A stretch of DNA of 64,000 nt from Escherichia coli (GTDB lineage: Bacteria > Pseudomonadota > Gammaproteobacteria > Enterobacterales > Enterobacteriaceae): assembly GCF_003991155.1 (NCBI RefSeq), contig NZ_CP031293.1; one strand, given 5' to 3'. The notes beneath the pieces are model-generated. The model was given only the letters and a program-made list of their open reading frames with translations. It had not been told where the DNA came from and did no database searches. This document shows, in pieces, positions 51,221 to 62,887 of this stretch. The position numbers were made by a program, and so were the translations under genes. The stretch's first letter is position 1. Every line of letters starts with the position of its first letter.

Positions 51221-52156
51221 TTAAAACATCTGTCTTGAACCAGAACTAATTTGCACAGGCATTCCCGATCGACGTTGCAACGCAGCATTTGCGCGATTTA
51301 CATCAACTTCTTGCCCGTTGATAAACGCCCGCAAAGATGGGGTTACCGGCAATGGTACTTTTCGGTCAGACTCATATTCTGCACGATTGCGCGACAGCGG
51401 CTCATGAACTTCCAGCCACTTTGAACCATCCGGTTCCGTTGTGTATTTCACTGGCTGATCAATAATTTGTACACGAGTGCCTACAGGAACATTATCAAAC
51501 AGATATTTGATATCGTCATTGCGCAGACGAATACAGCCCTGACTTACCCGGAGCCCAATACCAAAATTGGCATTGGTACCGTGGATGGCATATAGCCTGC
51601 CAATATAAATCGCATACAGCCCCATGGGATTATCAGGCCCCGCAGGAACAAATGCGGGCAAACTCTCCCCTCGTTTCGCATATTCGCGCCGAGTGTTCGG
51701 CGTTGGCGTCCAGGTTGGAGCTTCTTGTTTACGTTCAACGGTAGTCACCCAGTTACGCGGGGTTTCTCGCCCAGCCTGGCCGATACCAATAGGAAAGACT
51801 TCCACAGTATTACTGTCTGGTGGGTAGTAATAAAGACGCATCTCAGCGACGTTAACCACAATCCCTTTACGAACAGTGGCGGGCAAAATCAGTTGCTGCG
51901 GAATGGTGAGTTGCGAACCTGACTTCGGCAAGAAAACATCAGCGCCCGGATTCGCTTCCAGCATGTTACTTAACCCTTGCCCGTATTGTGCGGCAAAAGT
52001 CTCCAGCGGCTGGGTATTGTGATCAGGAACAGTTACAGTAAACGACTGCCCCACTAAACGGCTACCCTCTGGAGGTAATGGATAAGTTACCGCCAGGCTA
52101 GTATGGCTGGCAAAAAGCAGAGCAAATGAGCAAAGAATATTTACACGACGCATCAT
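51221..52156 (-). CDS. ldtA: L,D-transpeptidase (YkuD domain)
   Basis: 311-aa ORF with signal peptide and catalytic region ...[29 protein letters not shown]...; synonym erfK. Confidence 0.85.
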   Translation of the reverse strand: MMRRVNILCSFALLFASHTSLAVTYPLPPEGSRLVGQSFTVTVPDHNTQPLETFAAQYGQGLSNMLEANPGADVFLPKSGSQLTIPQQLILPATVRKGIVVNVAEMRLYYYPPDSNTVEVFPIGIGQAGRETPRNWVTTVERKQEAPTWTPTPNTRREYAKRGESLPAFVPAGPDNPMGLYAIYIGRLYAIHGTNANFGIGLRVSQGCIRLRNDDIKYLFDNVPVGTRVQIIDQPVKYTTEPDGSKWLEVHEPLSRNRAEYESDRKVPLPVTPSLRAFINGQEVDVNRANAALQRRSGMPVQISSGSRQMF

Positions 52157-52217
52157 GTCCCTTTCCTATGTCGCGAAAGCTATCCATTAAGTATAGCTTT
52201 TATCAGACTTTTCGTTT

Positions 52218-53297
52218 TTAACTGTTCAAATCAGAAGTCGTATTCCCCGGTAGAACAATATTACTGGCAGCAAGTTCGCCCATGTTGTTGTATATCGCAC
52301 AAGCAGCTTCGATGATGGGCATCGCCAGAGCTGCGCCACTCCCCTCACCTAAACGCATCTCCATATTGAGATAAGGCTCCAGCCCCAAATGCGACAGCGC
52401 TATACGCGCCCCTTTTTCTGCCGACAGGTGAGAAGGAATGAGATACGGTTTGATTGCAGGAGACATCTGGCAGGCTGCGAGCGCAGCAGCATAAGAAAGA
52501 AATCCATCCAGCAACACGGGTAAACCGCAGGAAGCAGCGCCTAACATCACGCCAGCCATTCCGACCAAATCAAATCCACCCACTTTTGCCAGAACATTAA
52601 CGCCATCCTGCGGATTTGGCTGATTCAACGTAATCGCCCGGCGCACAACATCAATTTTATTAGCCAGTTTATCTGTCGGCAGGTTTGCGCCAATCCCAAC
52701 CACTTCTTCAGGATCCCGGCCAGTGATTGTGCTGACTATTGCTGCTGCCGGTGTCGTGTTTGCCATCCCCAGTTCACCTACACCAAACAGCGTGACACCG
52801 TTTTTTGCCAGCTCCCGCGTATAACATATGACGTCCAAAAGCAACTTTTCAGCCTGACGGCGACTCATTGCCGGAGCTGAAGCAATATTGCCGCTACCTC
52901 GTGCGACACGCATGTTGATAAGCCCGGGGATAGGCTCAGCAGTATCAATACCAACATCAATTACGTGGACGTTAGCGCCCGCTTGTGCTGCCAGCACACA
53001 CACGCCGGTTGTTCCGCGGGTCATATTTTCAGCCTGAATGGCTGTGACTTCTTTTGGGGAAATAGCGACCCCTTCCTCCCAGACGCCGTGATCGGCACAC
53101 ATAACCAGTACCGCTTTTTTGCCCACATGCGGTATGCCATTCAACCCCGGCATTCCCGCCAGTTGTACGCCAAGCGCCTCCAGCCTTCCCAGGCTACCAA
53201 CAGGTTTGAGTAACCCGTCAATATGCCGTTGTGCACGCGACATAGCGGCAGGATCGATGGCAGGGATCGTATTCAGTAAATTGGCAAGTGTTTGCAT
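52218..53297 (-). CDS. cobT: Nicotinate-nucleotide--dimethylbenzimidazole phosphoribosyltransferase
   Basis: 359-aa [43 protein letters not shown]... Confidence 0.85.
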   Translation of the reverse strand: MQTLANLLNTIPAIDPAAMSRAQRHIDGLLKPVGSLGRLEALGVQLAGMPGLNGIPHVGKKAVLVMCADHGVWEEGVAISPKEVTAIQAENMTRGTTGVCVLAAQAGANVHVIDVGIDTAEPIPGLINMRVARGSGNIASAPAMSRRQAEKLLLDVICYTRELAKNGVTLFGVGELGMANTTPAAAIVSTITGRDPEEVVGIGANLPTDKLANKIDVVRRAITLNQPNPQDGVNVLAKVGGFDLVGMAGVMLGAASCGLPVLLDGFLSYAAALAACQMSPAIKPYLIPSHLSAEKGARIALSHLGLEPYLNMEMRLGEGSGAALAMPIIEAACAIYNNMGELAASNIVLPGNTTSDLNS

Positions 53298-53308
53298 GTC
53301 ACGTCTCT

Positions 53309-54052
53309 TTATAGCAGTGCCAGCAGGAAGACCAGTTCACCAAGCTCTATGGCTGCTCCCAGCGTATCGCCGGTTTGCCCGCCCAGCGTACGTTTGAGAA
53401 GCTGACCGAGGATGAAAATCGCCACCATCGTCACCACCATAGCAGCCACACCATGCATACCCGGCAATAATACGGCAGCAAAAATAGCGGCTAAGCCGAG
53501 TGTGACGCAGGTTTGTCGCCCATCAATTTTGCCAATGAACACATTGCCAAGCCCTTCTTCCCGCGCATAACGATGACGATACATCAATAATGCGGCAGTC
53601 CCGCGGCTGACCGCACATGCTGCCGCCAGCGATGCAAGGATCGGTTCGCCACGCAGAGCCAACTCGCTTAACACCAGAATCTTTGCCAGTACCACAAAAA
53701 TCAATGCCAGACCGCCGTGGGTGCCTAAACGGCTATCACGCATGATTTCCAACATGCGATCGCGGCTACGTGCAGAAAATACGCCATCACAGGTATCAGC
53801 GAGGCCGTCCAGGTGGAATCCCCCGGTCATCAGCGCCAGCATAAGTACGCTAAACAGTGCCGCCAGTGGTACGTCACACCATGCCTGCAGCACCATGAAG
53901 ACCAGCCCGCTAATCGCGCCAAGCAATAATCCAATCAAAGGAAAAGTAATAATACCGCGAGAATAATGCTCGAAATCCAGTCCCTGGGACCAGCGACGCG
54001 GTACAGGCAGACGCGTAATAAATGAGAGCATCGCCCAAAATAATTTACTCAT
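53309..54052 (-). CDS. cobS: Adenosylcobinamide-GDP ribazoletransferase (cobalamin synthase)
   Basis: ORF 53309-54088; start likely [18 protein letters not shown] (54052); polytopic membrane protein. Confidence 0.85.
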   Translation of the reverse strand: MSKLFWAMLSFITRLPVPRRWSQGLDFEHYSRGIITFPLIGLLLGAISGLVFMVLQAWCDVPLAALFSVLMLALMTGGFHLDGLADTCDGVFSARSRDRMLEIMRDSRLGTHGGLALIFVVLAKILVLSELALRGEPILASLAAACAVSRGTAALLMYRHRYAREEGLGNVFIGKIDGRQTCVTLGLAAIFAAVLLPGMHGVAAMVVTMVAIFILGQLLKRTLGGQTGDTLGAAIELGELVFLLALL

Positions 54053-54594
54053 TTGATTTTTACTCCAATACACGAAACCACCAGCCATACTTCATTTGCC
54101 GCAGCGGCCAACTGCTGGTTTACCCGCCCGGCAATATCACGAAAATGTCGTGCCAGACGACTCTCCGGCACAATCCCCATTCCCACTTCGTTAGTCACTA
54201 ATACAACCTTTGCGGGGCAACGTTGGCAGGCAGCAATCAACGACTGAATCTCAGCATTAATCGCCTGTTCCATCGCCTGATAATCCCATTCATCAGGGTC
54301 TTTATCGCCGCCATAATCAAACAACAGATTAGTCACCATTGTGGTAACGCATTCCAGCAACACAGCCTCATTCGGGTTAATGTCTGCATGAATTAATTCA
54401 TCAAGATGTTGCCAGCGCTCCACTGTGCGCCAGTGCGCCGGGCGGCCTTTCCGATGATGTTCTATCCGTGCAGCCATCTCATCATCAAGGATTTGCGAGG
54501 TGGCGATATACAGAACCTGTGAAGAGTCCCCAATAAGCGCTTCTGCGTGGCGACTCTTCCCGCTCCGTGCTCCACCTGTCACCAAAATCATCAT
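54049..54594 (-). CDS. cobU: Adenosylcobinamide kinase / adenosylcobinamide-phosphate guanylyltransferase
   Basis: 181 aa; P-loop [11 protein letters not shown]. Confidence 0.85.
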   Translation of the reverse strand: MMILVTGGARSGKSRHAEALIGDSSQVLYIATSQILDDEMAARIEHHRKGRPAHWRTVERWQHLDELIHADINPNEAVLLECVTTMVTNLLFDYGGDKDPDEWDYQAMEQAINAEIQSLIAACQRCPAKVVLVTNEVGMGIVPESRLARHFRDIAGRVNQQLAAAANEVWLVVSCIGVKIK

Positions 54595-54727
54595 ACCGAC
54601 TCCTGATTCAATTGTATGATGGTATTCATTGAACAGAACAATGGATCCCCCACCGTTGCTGACCGCAAAACATTTACGCGATTAATACTGCGCGTAATAT
54701 AATTAAAAATCCAGCATTCTCAATCCA

Positions 54728-55234
54728 TTACGAAAGAAGATGGCATTGCGGAATAGCCAGACTTCCTCGTGTTAACGTCCGACAAAATGCGTCATTGACA
54801 GCGGTTTCTCTGGCATGACAGATTTCATTCAGATAATGGATTAATGCTACAGCCCCACCAGCCGGACCAGTCAGCAAACGGGCATTGTGTTCTGTAATCA
54901 AAATTACCGTCGTTCCCTCAGAATGAGCGAGCCATTCTGGTACGGATATCTCGCTTTCAGCTGCTATCAATAGCAGCACTGAATAATCGCTATACGCATC
55001 TGATAACGATTGCACAGGCCCACCGTCAAAAGGCTGGAAATCTTGCTGCCAGTCCTCACCAACCAAACAGGTTATTGGCAATATTTCCGCCAGATGTTTC
55101 GCCAGATCCACATCTCCAGATAAGAGGCAAAAAAGAGCTATCGATTCGGGTTTTATCGTTTTCATGCCCCTCGCCCTCCACTTAATTTCCTGTAATGGCG
55201 GTCTGGTTGATAAGCCATGAAACAAGATTGCCAC
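54728..55234 (-). CDS. Hypothetical protein at the position where the cbi operon would begin
   Basis: 168-aa ORF immediately downstream of a cobalamin riboswitch; no P-loop or other CbiA-like motif recognised. Confidence 0.35.
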   Translation of the reverse strand: MAILFHGLSTRPPLQEIKWRARGMKTIKPESIALFCLLSGDVDLAKHLAEILPITCLVGEDWQQDFQPFDGGPVQSLSDAYSDYSVLLLIAAESEISVPEWLAHSEGTTVILITEHNARLLTGPAGGAVALIHYLNEICHARETAVNDAFCRTLTRGSLAIPQCHLLS

Positions 55235-55299
55235 ACCTTAAGTGCAGCCCTGGTGCCTGTCGGCACTGCGATGAAAGAACTAAATGATGCCGCCATACC

Positions 55300-55530
55300 C
55301 TGATCCTTTCAGGGTGGTAGGGGTATAAAGACGCGCCTGTACTCTACCGGACGCTTCCGGGCAACCCACTTCCCACCGAAGTTGTTGGTATTGACTGACT
55401 GGCTGGTCTTCTGGCTTAGCGTCATCCTCTCCCGACCTTCCCAATCTCGCGATCAGTGGCATTTTCGGGTTTGTCAGCATTACAGCAGCGGGGGCTGCGA
55501 GGGATTTTCACCCTCTTCCCAGGCACAAAT
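55300..55530 (-). promoter_or_regulatory. Cobalamin (B12) riboswitch
   Basis: Minus-strand reading contains GGTGAAAATCCC, GCAGCCCCCGCTGCTGTAA and a B12-box-like AAGCCAGAAGACCAGCC (14 of 16 to consensus). Confidence 0.6.
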
Positions 55531-55649
55531 GTGCCACACCTGTCAGCGTATGTTATGAGCTGATTTCACTTTTCCCATAACAGGGAAATAACGTTAATTA
55601 TTCATTCCAGAGTTTATTTAAACCGTCCTCTTTTTTTGGGGCATTTACT

Positions 55650-56564
55650 CTATACCGTTTCCATCGCCGCATTATCACTCACTTGCTGTCGATACACCTG
55701 CGGCGTAACCTGATAAGTCTGACGGAAAACTTTGCAAAAATAACTTGTTTGCGAAAAACCTAAATTACGCGCAATGCTGGCGATGCTCCAGTCACTATGG
55801 CACAGTAACTCACGAGCGCTGGCCATCCGTTGTTGGTTTACCCACGCATTAAACCCGATTCCATGGTATTTCTTAAATAACTTACTGAAATAATAAGGGC
55901 TTAGATAAACGTGCGAGGCGACATCTTCCAGACGCAAATCGTCTGATAAATGCGCATCAATATAACGTAAAGCTTTTTTCATTTTATTGTCGTGGGGACC
56001 AGGCGCACGAGTCTGGCGCAACGAATCTGACTGAGATTTGTTCTCTTTAATAACCACAAAATTGAGTTGTTTTTTTAGGCAATTTTCTACAATCAACTTC
56101 AACAAATCCGCAGAGGCCATAACTCTTGAGTAATCCATCTCAGGGACTTTGCGAAATTCATTAAGTAATTCGGGATCTGCCTGCCAGCAATCATCGACAT
56201 TCAGAATATCGACCAAATCGACATCATCATTACGCAGACGAACTTGCCCGCACAATACAAAACCAACTAAATGTCCGGCGATTACCAGTGGAATAGAGAA
56301 ATCGGTTAATCCGGCATGACAGCGATAAATACAAGGCTGATCGGATTTAGAGGCTTCCAGCCCCCCACAACGATCGCTCATGCGACATCGAGTGCTCATC
56401 TGAGGGTGTTGCCGCATCATCTGACAAAATGGAGTGAAGTTAAACAGCTCGGAAATTTCATCGCCGTGAATATTGACCACGACAACCGCAAGGCTGGTCG
56501 CCTGCGCAAAATCCTGCGCGATTTTATTAATGAGTTCTGAATTAAGTGTCGCCGCAGAAATCAT
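55650..56564 (-). CDS. pocR: AraC-family regulator of the pdu/cob regulon
   Basis: 304-aa ORF with C-terminal AraC HTH (...LRLEDVASHVYLSPYYFSKLFKKYHGIGFNAWVNQQRMASARELL...); divergent from the pdu operon. Confidence 0.8.
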   Translation of the reverse strand: MISAATLNSELINKIAQDFAQATSLAVVVVNIHGDEISELFNFTPFCQMMRQHPQMSTRCRMSDRCGGLEASKSDQPCIYRCHAGLTDFSIPLVIAGHLVGFVLCGQVRLRNDDVDLVDILNVDDCWQADPELLNEFRKVPEMDYSRVMASADLLKLIVENCLKKQLNFVVIKENKSQSDSLRQTRAPGPHDNKMKKALRYIDAHLSDDLRLEDVASHVYLSPYYFSKLFKKYHGIGFNAWVNQQRMASARELLCHSDWSIASIARNLGFSQTSYFCKVFRQTYQVTPQVYRQQVSDNAAMETV

Positions 56565-56766
56565 GATAAAACCTCCCAGTTAATTTATTGTTATAGCAAA
56601 ACAATTGTTTTACATTTAATCTTCACATCATCCTTGATGATTTACTGACGAGAAGCACAAAGGACAATAACAAAAGCCTCCGTGAAGCGGGAGACTTTTT
56701 AATAAGTTCGGAAAGCAGATCACAAACAGTAAAAAAATAAACGTTTATAACTGCCAGATTATTTCA

Positions 56767-57576
56767 TTATTCGCTGATTTCTTTAGGCGTTACACTATTG
56801 ACAGGTAAATTCTTTGCAATGAGATAGCGATAAATCGCCGCACCAACACATGCCCCAATGATCGGTGCAATAATGGGTACAATGAAATAAGGAATATTGC
56901 GTCCACCAGTCATCGCAATTTCCCCCCAACCCGCAAACCAGGTGAAAATTTTAGGTCCAAAATCACGCGCTGGATTCATGGCAAAACCGGTTAATGGTCC
57001 GGTAGAAGCACCAATAACAGCAACCAGAATACCAATAAGTAAAGGCGCAAGCGGTCCTTTGGGTACGCCATTACCGTCATCGGTCAACGCCATAATCAAC
57101 CCCATTAACATGGACGTTATGACCACTTCGACCAACGCAGCTTGCCATACATTAATCGCCGCTGCTGGATAAGTACTGAAGATACTGGCGAGTTGTAAAC
57201 TTTCTGCGCTACCACGCACTATATTGTGAGCAGATTCAAAATCGATAAACAAACTGCTGTAGAGAGAATATGCCAGAACCGCACCACCAAAGGCACCCGC
57301 TAATTGCGCCACACAAAATGGCAGCACTTTACGGGCTGGGAAAGAGGCAAACAGCCACAGAGCAATGGTAACTGCCGGGTTGAGATGAGCGCCGGAAATA
57401 CCTGCCGTAAGGTAAACAGCAAGCGAAATCCCTAACCCCCATATGATACAAATTTCCCACAGTCCCAGACTTGCCCCGGCAACTTTCAGGGCGCACAAAC
57501 AACCAATGCCAAAAAAGAGGAACAGTCCGGTGCCCAAAAACTCGGCAACGCATTGCGCCTTGAGTGAATCATTCAT
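56767..57576 (-). CDS. pduF: Propanediol diffusion facilitator (MIP/aquaglyceroporin family)
   Basis: ORF 56767-57615; start likely MNDSLKAQ (57576); two NPA motifs (HLNPAVT, MNPARD). Confidence 0.8.
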   Translation of the reverse strand: MNDSLKAQCVAEFLGTGLFLFFGIGCLCALKVAGASLGLWEICIIWGLGISLAVYLTAGISGAHLNPAVTIALWLFASFPARKVLPFCVAQLAGAFGGAVLAYSLYSSLFIDFESAHNIVRGSAESLQLASIFSTYPAAAINVWQAALVEVVITSMLMGLIMALTDDGNGVPKGPLAPLLIGILVAVIGASTGPLTGFAMNPARDFGPKIFTWFAGWGEIAMTGGRNIPYFIVPIIAPIIGACVGAAIYRYLIAKNLPVNSVTPKEISE

Positions 57577-58009
57577 AGTGACACCTTCTTTACGGAGTTT
57601 TTCTTTATCAGCCAACTATGCGCTGATTGTTGTGTATACCGAGCGCAACTATAAAAAATTGCTCTGCAGAAAATATTGCCAACATGCATGACAGACTCGT
57701 GTAAAAATCGTGCTAACATAACAAATTATTGTCATTGCCGAATCATGCAACACAGCTTTAATCAGTGTTGAAGTAATAATTTCCACCAAACTTTTACAAT
57801 AAAAAATTGCCATCATGACATAATAAAATTGAAACAAATATCACAGTTCCTTCCTCGAACCAAACTCAACGAAATATTATTCGCGATTAAACTCACTAGC
57901 CAACGCAATTAATTCACATTGAAACATCCACAAAACAACCAATAAATTAACAACATATAGTTCATAAAAGCAATTTTATTATATTTGTTCTCTAGGTAAT
58001 GACTCCAAC

Positions 58010-58513
58010 TTATTGATAGTGTTTTATGTTCAGATAATGCCCGATGACTTTGTCATGCAGCTCCACCGATTTTGAAAACGACAGCGACTTCCGTCCCAGC
58101 CGTGCCAGGTGCTGCCTCAGATTCAGGTTATGCCGCTCAATTCGCTGCGTATATCGCTTGCTGATTACGTGCAGCTTTCCCTTCAGGCGGGATTCATACA
58201 GCGGCCAGCCATCCGTCATCCATATCACCACGTCAAAGGGTGACAGCAGGCTCATAAGACGCCCCAGCGTCGCCATAGTGCGTTCACCGAATACGTGCGC
58301 AACAACCGTCTTCCGGAGCCTGTCATACGCGTAAAACAGCCAGCGCTGGCGCGATTTAGCCCCGACGTATCCCCACTGTTCGTCCATTTCCGCGCAGACG
58401 ATGACGTCACTGCCCGGCTGTATGCGCGAGGTTACCGACTGCGGCCTGAGTTTTTTAAATGGCGGAAAATCGTGTTGAGGCCAACGCCCATAATGCGGGC
58501 GGTTGCCCGGCAT
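58010..58513 (-). CDS. insB: IS1 InsB (transposase catalytic part)
   Basis: 167 aa: [64 protein letters not shown]... Confidence 0.9.
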   Translation of the reverse strand: MPGNRPHYGRWPQHDFPPFKKLRPQSVTSRIQPGSDVIVCAEMDEQWGYVGAKSRQRWLFYAYDRLRKTVVAHVFGERTMATLGRLMSLLSPFDVVIWMTDGWPLYESRLKGKLHVISKRYTQRIERHNLNLRQHLARLGRKSLSFSKSVELHDKVIGHYLNIKHYQ

Positions 58514-58707
58514 CCAACGCCATTCATGGCCATATCAATGATTTTCTGGTGCGTACCGGGTTGAGAAGCGGTGTAAGTGAACTGCAGTTGCCATGTTTTA
58601 CGGCAATGAGAGCAGAGATAGCGCTGATGTCCGGCGGTGCTTTTGCCGTTACGCACCACTCCGTCAGTAGCTGAACAGGAGGGACAGCTGATAGAAACAG
58701 AAGCCAC
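58432..58707 (-). CDS. insA: IS1 InsA
   Basis: 91 aa: [43 protein letters not shown]... Confidence 0.9.
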   Translation of the reverse strand: MASVSISCPSCSATDGVVRNGKSTAGHQRYLCSHCRKTWQLQFTYTASQPGTHQKIIDMAMNGVGCRATARIMGVGLNTIFRHLKNSGRSR

Positions 58708-58863
58708 TGGAGCACCTCAAAAACACCATCATACACTAAATCAGTAAGTTGGCAGCATCACCTGTTCTCTATTAATTTTTCTCATTAGCCGAGTAAGTCA
58801 GCCATTCTTTTTCCTCGCTTTTTTTTATAGTCATATCGTCAAAAAAATCCAGGCGAGGTCTTT

Positions 58864-59148
58864 ATGCAACAAGAAGCGTTAGGAATGGTAGAAACCAAAG
58901 GCTTAACTGCCGCCATAGAGGCCGCAGATGCCATGGTGAAGTCGGCAAATGTTTTGCTGGTCGGCTACGAAAAAATAGGTTCCGGGCTGGTGACCGTCAT
59001 CGTTCGTGGTGATGTCGGGGCGGTAAAAGCGGCAACAGACGCGGGTGCCGCAGCTGCGCGTAACGTCGGCGAAGTAAAAGCCGTACACGTTATTCCCCGC
59101 CCACATACCGATGTCGAAAAAATCTTACCAAAGGGAATTAACCCATGA
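58864..59148 (+). CDS. pduA: Bacterial microcompartment shell protein (BMC domain)
   Basis: 94 aa: [57 protein letters not shown]... Confidence 0.9.
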   Translation: MQQEALGMVETKGLTAAIEAADAMVKSANVLLVGYEKIGSGLVTVIVRGDVGAVKAATDAGAAAARNVGEVKAVHVIPRPHTDVEKILPKGINP

Positions 59149-59957
59149 GCAGCAATGAACTGGTCGAACAGATCATGGCGCAGGTCATCGCTCGCGTAGC
59201 GACGCCAGAGCATGAGGTTCTCCCGAAAACCACTCATCAAATACGAGAGACGGCTATGGCAGAAAAAAGCTGCACGTTAACAGAATTTGTTGGCACCGCT
59301 ATTGGCGACACTGTAGGTCTGGTCATTGCGAACGTTGATAGCGCCCTGTTGGACGCGATGAAACTTGAAAAACGCTATCGTTCCATTGGCATTCTGGGGG
59401 CGCGTATTGGCGCAGGGCCACACATTATGGCCGCTGATGAAGCGGTAAAAGCCACCAACACTGAAGTTATTAGCATTGAACTTCCTCGCGATACTAAAGG
59501 CGGTGCCGGACACGGCTCATTGATCCTCTTAGGTGGCAACGATGTTTCCGACGTGAAACGCGGTATTGAAGTTGCCCTGAAAGAACTCGATCGGACCTTT
59601 GGTGATGTCTATGCCAACGAAGCCGGGCATCTTGAACTGCAATACACCGCCCGCGCCAGCTATGCACTGGAAAAAGCGTTTGGCGCTCCACTGGGACGGG
59701 CTTGCGGCGTTATTGTCGGCGCTCCGGCTGCGGTGGGTGTTCTGATGGCCGACACCGCGCTGAAGTCCGCCAATGTGGATGTCGTGGCATACAGCTCCCC
59801 CGCTCAAGGCACCAGCTACAGCAACGAAGTCATTCTGATTATCTCGGGTGACTCCGGCGCAGTCCGCCAGGCGGTCATCTCCGCACGCGCAATCGGTAAA
59901 ACCGTGCTTTCGACTCTCGGCGATACACCGAAAAACGATCGCCCTTCCTACATCTGA
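59145..59957 (+). CDS. pduB: Microcompartment shell protein, tandem BMC domains
   Basis: 270-aa ORF overlapping the pduA stop; [24 protein letters not shown]... Confidence 0.85.
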   Translation: MSSNELVEQIMAQVIARVATPEHEVLPKTTHQIRETAMAEKSCTLTEFVGTAIGDTVGLVIANVDSALLDAMKLEKRYRSIGILGARIGAGPHIMAADEAVKATNTEVISIELPRDTKGGAGHGSLILLGGNDVSDVKRGIEVALKELDRTFGDVYANEAGHLELQYTARASYALEKAFGAPLGRACGVIVGAPAAVGVLMADTALKSANVDVVAYSSPAQGTSYSNEVILIISGDSGAVRQAVISARAIGKTVLSTLGDTPKNDRPSYI

Positions 59958-59975
59958 ATTCTCTGAGGCAGATTT

Positions 59976-61640
59976 ATGAGATCGAAAAGATTTGAAGCAC
60001 TGGCAAAACGCCCGGTCAACCAGGACGGTTTCGTTAAAGAGTGGATTGAAGAAGGCTTCATTGCGATGGAAAGCCCGAACGATCCTAAACCGTCAATCAA
60101 AATTGTTAACGGCGTCGTTACCGAACTGGATGGAAAACCCGCCAGTCAGTTTGACCTGATCGACCACTTTATCGCCCGCTACGGCATCAATCTCGCGCGC
60201 GCAGAAGAAGTCATCGCGATGGATTCGGTAAAACTTGCCAATATGTTGTGCGATCCAAATGTCAAACGTAGCGATATCGTTCCCCTTACCACAGCAATGA
60301 CGCCTGCAAAAATCGTCGAAGTGGTTTCGCAGATGAACGTGGTAGAGATGATGATGGCGATGCAGAAAATGCGCGCCCGTCGAACACCATCACAACAGGC
60401 TCACGTCACCAACATCAAAGATAACCCGGTACAAATTGCCGCCGACGCAGCTGAAGGCGCATGGCGCGGGTTTGATGAACAGGAAACCACTGTTGCCGTT
60501 GCTCGCTATGCACCGTTCAACGCCATCGCCCTGCTGGTCGGCTCACAGGTGGGACGTCCGGGCGTCTTGACCCAGTGTTCACTGGAAGAAGCCACCGAAC
60601 TGAAACTCGGTATGTTAGGCCACACCTGTTACGCCGAAACAATTTCTGTCTATGGTACAGAACCTGTTTTCACCGATGGCGATGATACCCCGTGGTCAAA
60701 AGGATTTCTCGCGTCATCCTATGCTTCTCGCGGCTTAAAAATGCGCTTTACTTCCGGCTCCGGCTCTGAAGTACAGATGGGTTACGCGGAAGGCAAATCA
60801 ATGCTTTATCTCGAGGCTCGATGCATTTACATCACCAAAGCCGCAGGCGTTCAGGGTCTGCAGAATGGTTCGGTAAGCTGCATCGGTGTTCCATCAGCTG
60901 TGCCATCAGGCATCCGCGCAGTATTAGCGGAAAACTTAATTTGCTCATCGCTGGATCTGGAATGCGCCTCCAGTAATGACCAGACCTTTACCCACTCGGA
61001 TATGCGCCGTACCGCACGTTTCCTGATGCAATTTCTGCCGGGTACCGACTTTATCTCGTCCGGTTTTTCCGCTGTGCCGAACTACGACAACATGTTTGCT
61101 GGTTCAAACGAAGATGCTGAAGACTTCGATGATTACAACGTCATTCAGCGTGACCTGAAGGTTGATGGCGGGCTGCGACCAGTACGCGAAGAAGATGTTA
61201 TCGCAATCCGCAATAAAGCCGCTCGCGCTTTACAGGCTGTCTTTGCCGGTATGGGACTACCGCCAATTACCGATGAAGAAGTCGAAGCGGCAACCTATGC
61301 CCACGGTTCGAAAGATATGCCTGAGCGCAATATTGTGGAAGACATCAAGTTCGCCCAGGAGATTATCAATAAAAACCGTAACAGCCTGGAAGTGGTGAAA
61401 GCCCTGGCGCAAGGCGGTTTTACCGATGTCGCCCAGGACATGCTCAACATGCAAAAAGCAAAACTGACCGGCGATTATCTCCATACCTCAGCCATCATCG
61501 TCGATGACGGACAAGTGCTCTCAGCGGTCAATGACATCAATGATTACGCCGGACCAGCTACAGGTTACCGCCTGCAAGGGGAACGCTGGGAAGAGATCAA
61601 AAATATTCCCGGTGCACTTGATCCCAACGAAATTGACTAA
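59976..61640 (+). CDS. pduC: B12-dependent propanediol dehydratase, large subunit
   Basis: 554 aa: MRSKRFEALAKRPVNQDGFVKEWIEEGFIAMESPNDPKPSIKIVNGVVTELDGK... Confidence 0.9.
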   Translation: MRSKRFEALAKRPVNQDGFVKEWIEEGFIAMESPNDPKPSIKIVNGVVTELDGKPASQFDLIDHFIARYGINLARAEEVIAMDSVKLANMLCDPNVKRSDIVPLTTAMTPAKIVEVVSQMNVVEMMMAMQKMRARRTPSQQAHVTNIKDNPVQIAADAAEGAWRGFDEQETTVAVARYAPFNAIALLVGSQVGRPGVLTQCSLEEATELKLGMLGHTCYAETISVYGTEPVFTDGDDTPWSKGFLASSYASRGLKMRFTSGSGSEVQMGYAEGKSMLYLEARCIYITKAAGVQGLQNGSVSCIGVPSAVPSGIRAVLAENLICSSLDLECASSNDQTFTHSDMRRTARFLMQFLPGTDFISSGFSAVPNYDNMFAGSNEDAEDFDDYNVIQRDLKVDGGLRPVREEDVIAIRNKAARALQAVFAGMGLPPITDEEVEAATYAHGSKDMPERNIVEDIKFAQEIINKNRNSLEVVKALAQGGFTDVAQDMLNMQKAKLTGDYLHTSAIIVDDGQVLSAVNDINDYAGPATGYRLQGERWEEIKNIPGALDPNEID

Positions 61641-61649
61641 GGGTGAGAA

Positions 61650-62318
61650 ATGGAAATTAACGAAAAATTACTGCGTCAGATTATCGAAGGCGTGCTGGCA
61701 GAAATGCAAACCAGCGACAAGTCCGTTTCATTTCGTGCACCTGTCTCTGCAACTGTCTCTTCAGTGCCAGATACCGGAAATTTTCTGACCGAAATTGGCG
61801 AAGCCCAACAAGGCACTCAGCAAGATGAAGTCATTATTGCTGTAGGCCCGGCGTTCGGCCTGGCGCAAACCGTCAATATCATCGGTATTCCGCATAAAAA
61901 CATTTTGCGCGAAGTGATTGCCGGTATCGAAGAAGAAGGCATTAAAGCCCGTGTGATTCGCTGCTTTAAATCGTCCGATGTCGCATTCGTAGCAGTCGAA
62001 GGCGATCGTCTTAGTGGTTCAGGTATTGCTATCGGTATTCAGTCGAAAGGCACAACGGTTATCCACCAGCAGGGACTTCCCCCCTTGTCTAACCTGGAAC
62101 TTTTCCCACAAGCGCCTTTGTTGACGCTGGATACTTATCGTCAGATTGGCAAAAACGCCGCGCGTTATGCGAAGCGCGAGTCTCCACAACCGGTGCCGAC
62201 CCTCAACGATCAAATGGCGCGACCGAAATACCAGGCCAAATCTGCCATTTTGCATATTAAAGAGACGAAGTACGTGGTCACTGGCAAAAAACCGCAAGAA
62301 CTGCGCGTGACGTTTTAA
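61650..62318 (+). CDS. pduD: Propanediol dehydratase, medium subunit
   Basis: 222-aa ORF following pduC. Confidence 0.85.
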   Translation: MEINEKLLRQIIEGVLAEMQTSDKSVSFRAPVSATVSSVPDTGNFLTEIGEAQQGTQQDEVIIAVGPAFGLAQTVNIIGIPHKNILREVIAGIEEEGIKARVIRCFKSSDVAFVAVEGDRLSGSGIAIGIQSKGTTVIHQQGLPPLSNLELFPQAPLLTLDTYRQIGKNAARYAKRESPQPVPTLNDQMARPKYQAKSAILHIKETKYVVTGKKPQELRVTF

Positions 62319-62332
62319 CAAAGGAAACCTTC

Positions 62333-62851
62333 ATGAATACCGATGCAATTGAGTCGATGGTCAGGGACGTGTTGAACCGCATGAACAGTTTACAGGGTGC
62401 AGCTCCTGTTTCTGCGGTCCCCAGCGCGTCAATACAGAGCGCCAAAGTGACGGATTACCCGCTGGCAAATAAACATCCGGAATGGGTTAAAACAGCAACC
62501 AATAAAACGCTCGACGATTTCACTCTGGAAAATGTGCTCAGCGATAACGTCACCGCCCAGGATATGCGCATTACCCCTGAAACATTGCGTATTCAGGCCG
62601 CGATTGCCAGAGATGCTGGTCGCGATCGCCTGGCGATGAATTTCGAACGCGCCGCTGAGCTTACCTCAGTACCGGATGATCGCATCCTCGAAATCTACAA
62701 TGCGTTACGCCCTTATCGTTCGACTAAGCAAGAACTTATTGCCATTGCTGACGATCTTGAACGGCGTTATCAGGCCAAAATTTGTGCTGCATTTGTCCGT
62801 GAAGCTGCGGAACTTTATGTCGAGCGCAAAAAACTGAAAGGCGACGATTAA
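62333..62851 (+). CDS. pduE: Propanediol dehydratase, small subunit
   Basis: 172-aa ORF following pduD. Confidence 0.85.
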   Translation: MNTDAIESMVRDVLNRMNSLQGAAPVSAVPSASIQSAKVTDYPLANKHPEWVKTATNKTLDDFTLENVLSDNVTAQDMRITPETLRIQAAIARDAGRDRLAMNFERAAELTSVPDDRILEIYNALRPYRSTKQELIAIADDLERRYQAKICAAFVREAAELYVERKKLKGDD

Positions 62852-62887
62852 GGACGAACTATGCGATATGACGATTAAGGACGAACT

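Larger units (their letters stand above)
57995..58761 (-). mobile_element. IS1 insertion sequence (767 bp) with 9-bp target site duplication
   Basis: Termini ggtaatgactccaac... and ...ggcagcatcacc; insA (58432-58707) and insB (58010-58513) frames; direct repeat tgttctcta at 57986-57994 and 58762-58770. Confidence 0.9.

Noticed and set aside
54728-55234. The 168-aa ORF as an intact cbiA or the C-terminus of cbiP
   Set aside because: No P-loop expected for CbiA and no glutamine amidotransferase-like catalytic motif expected for CbiP could be recognised. Left as hypothetical.
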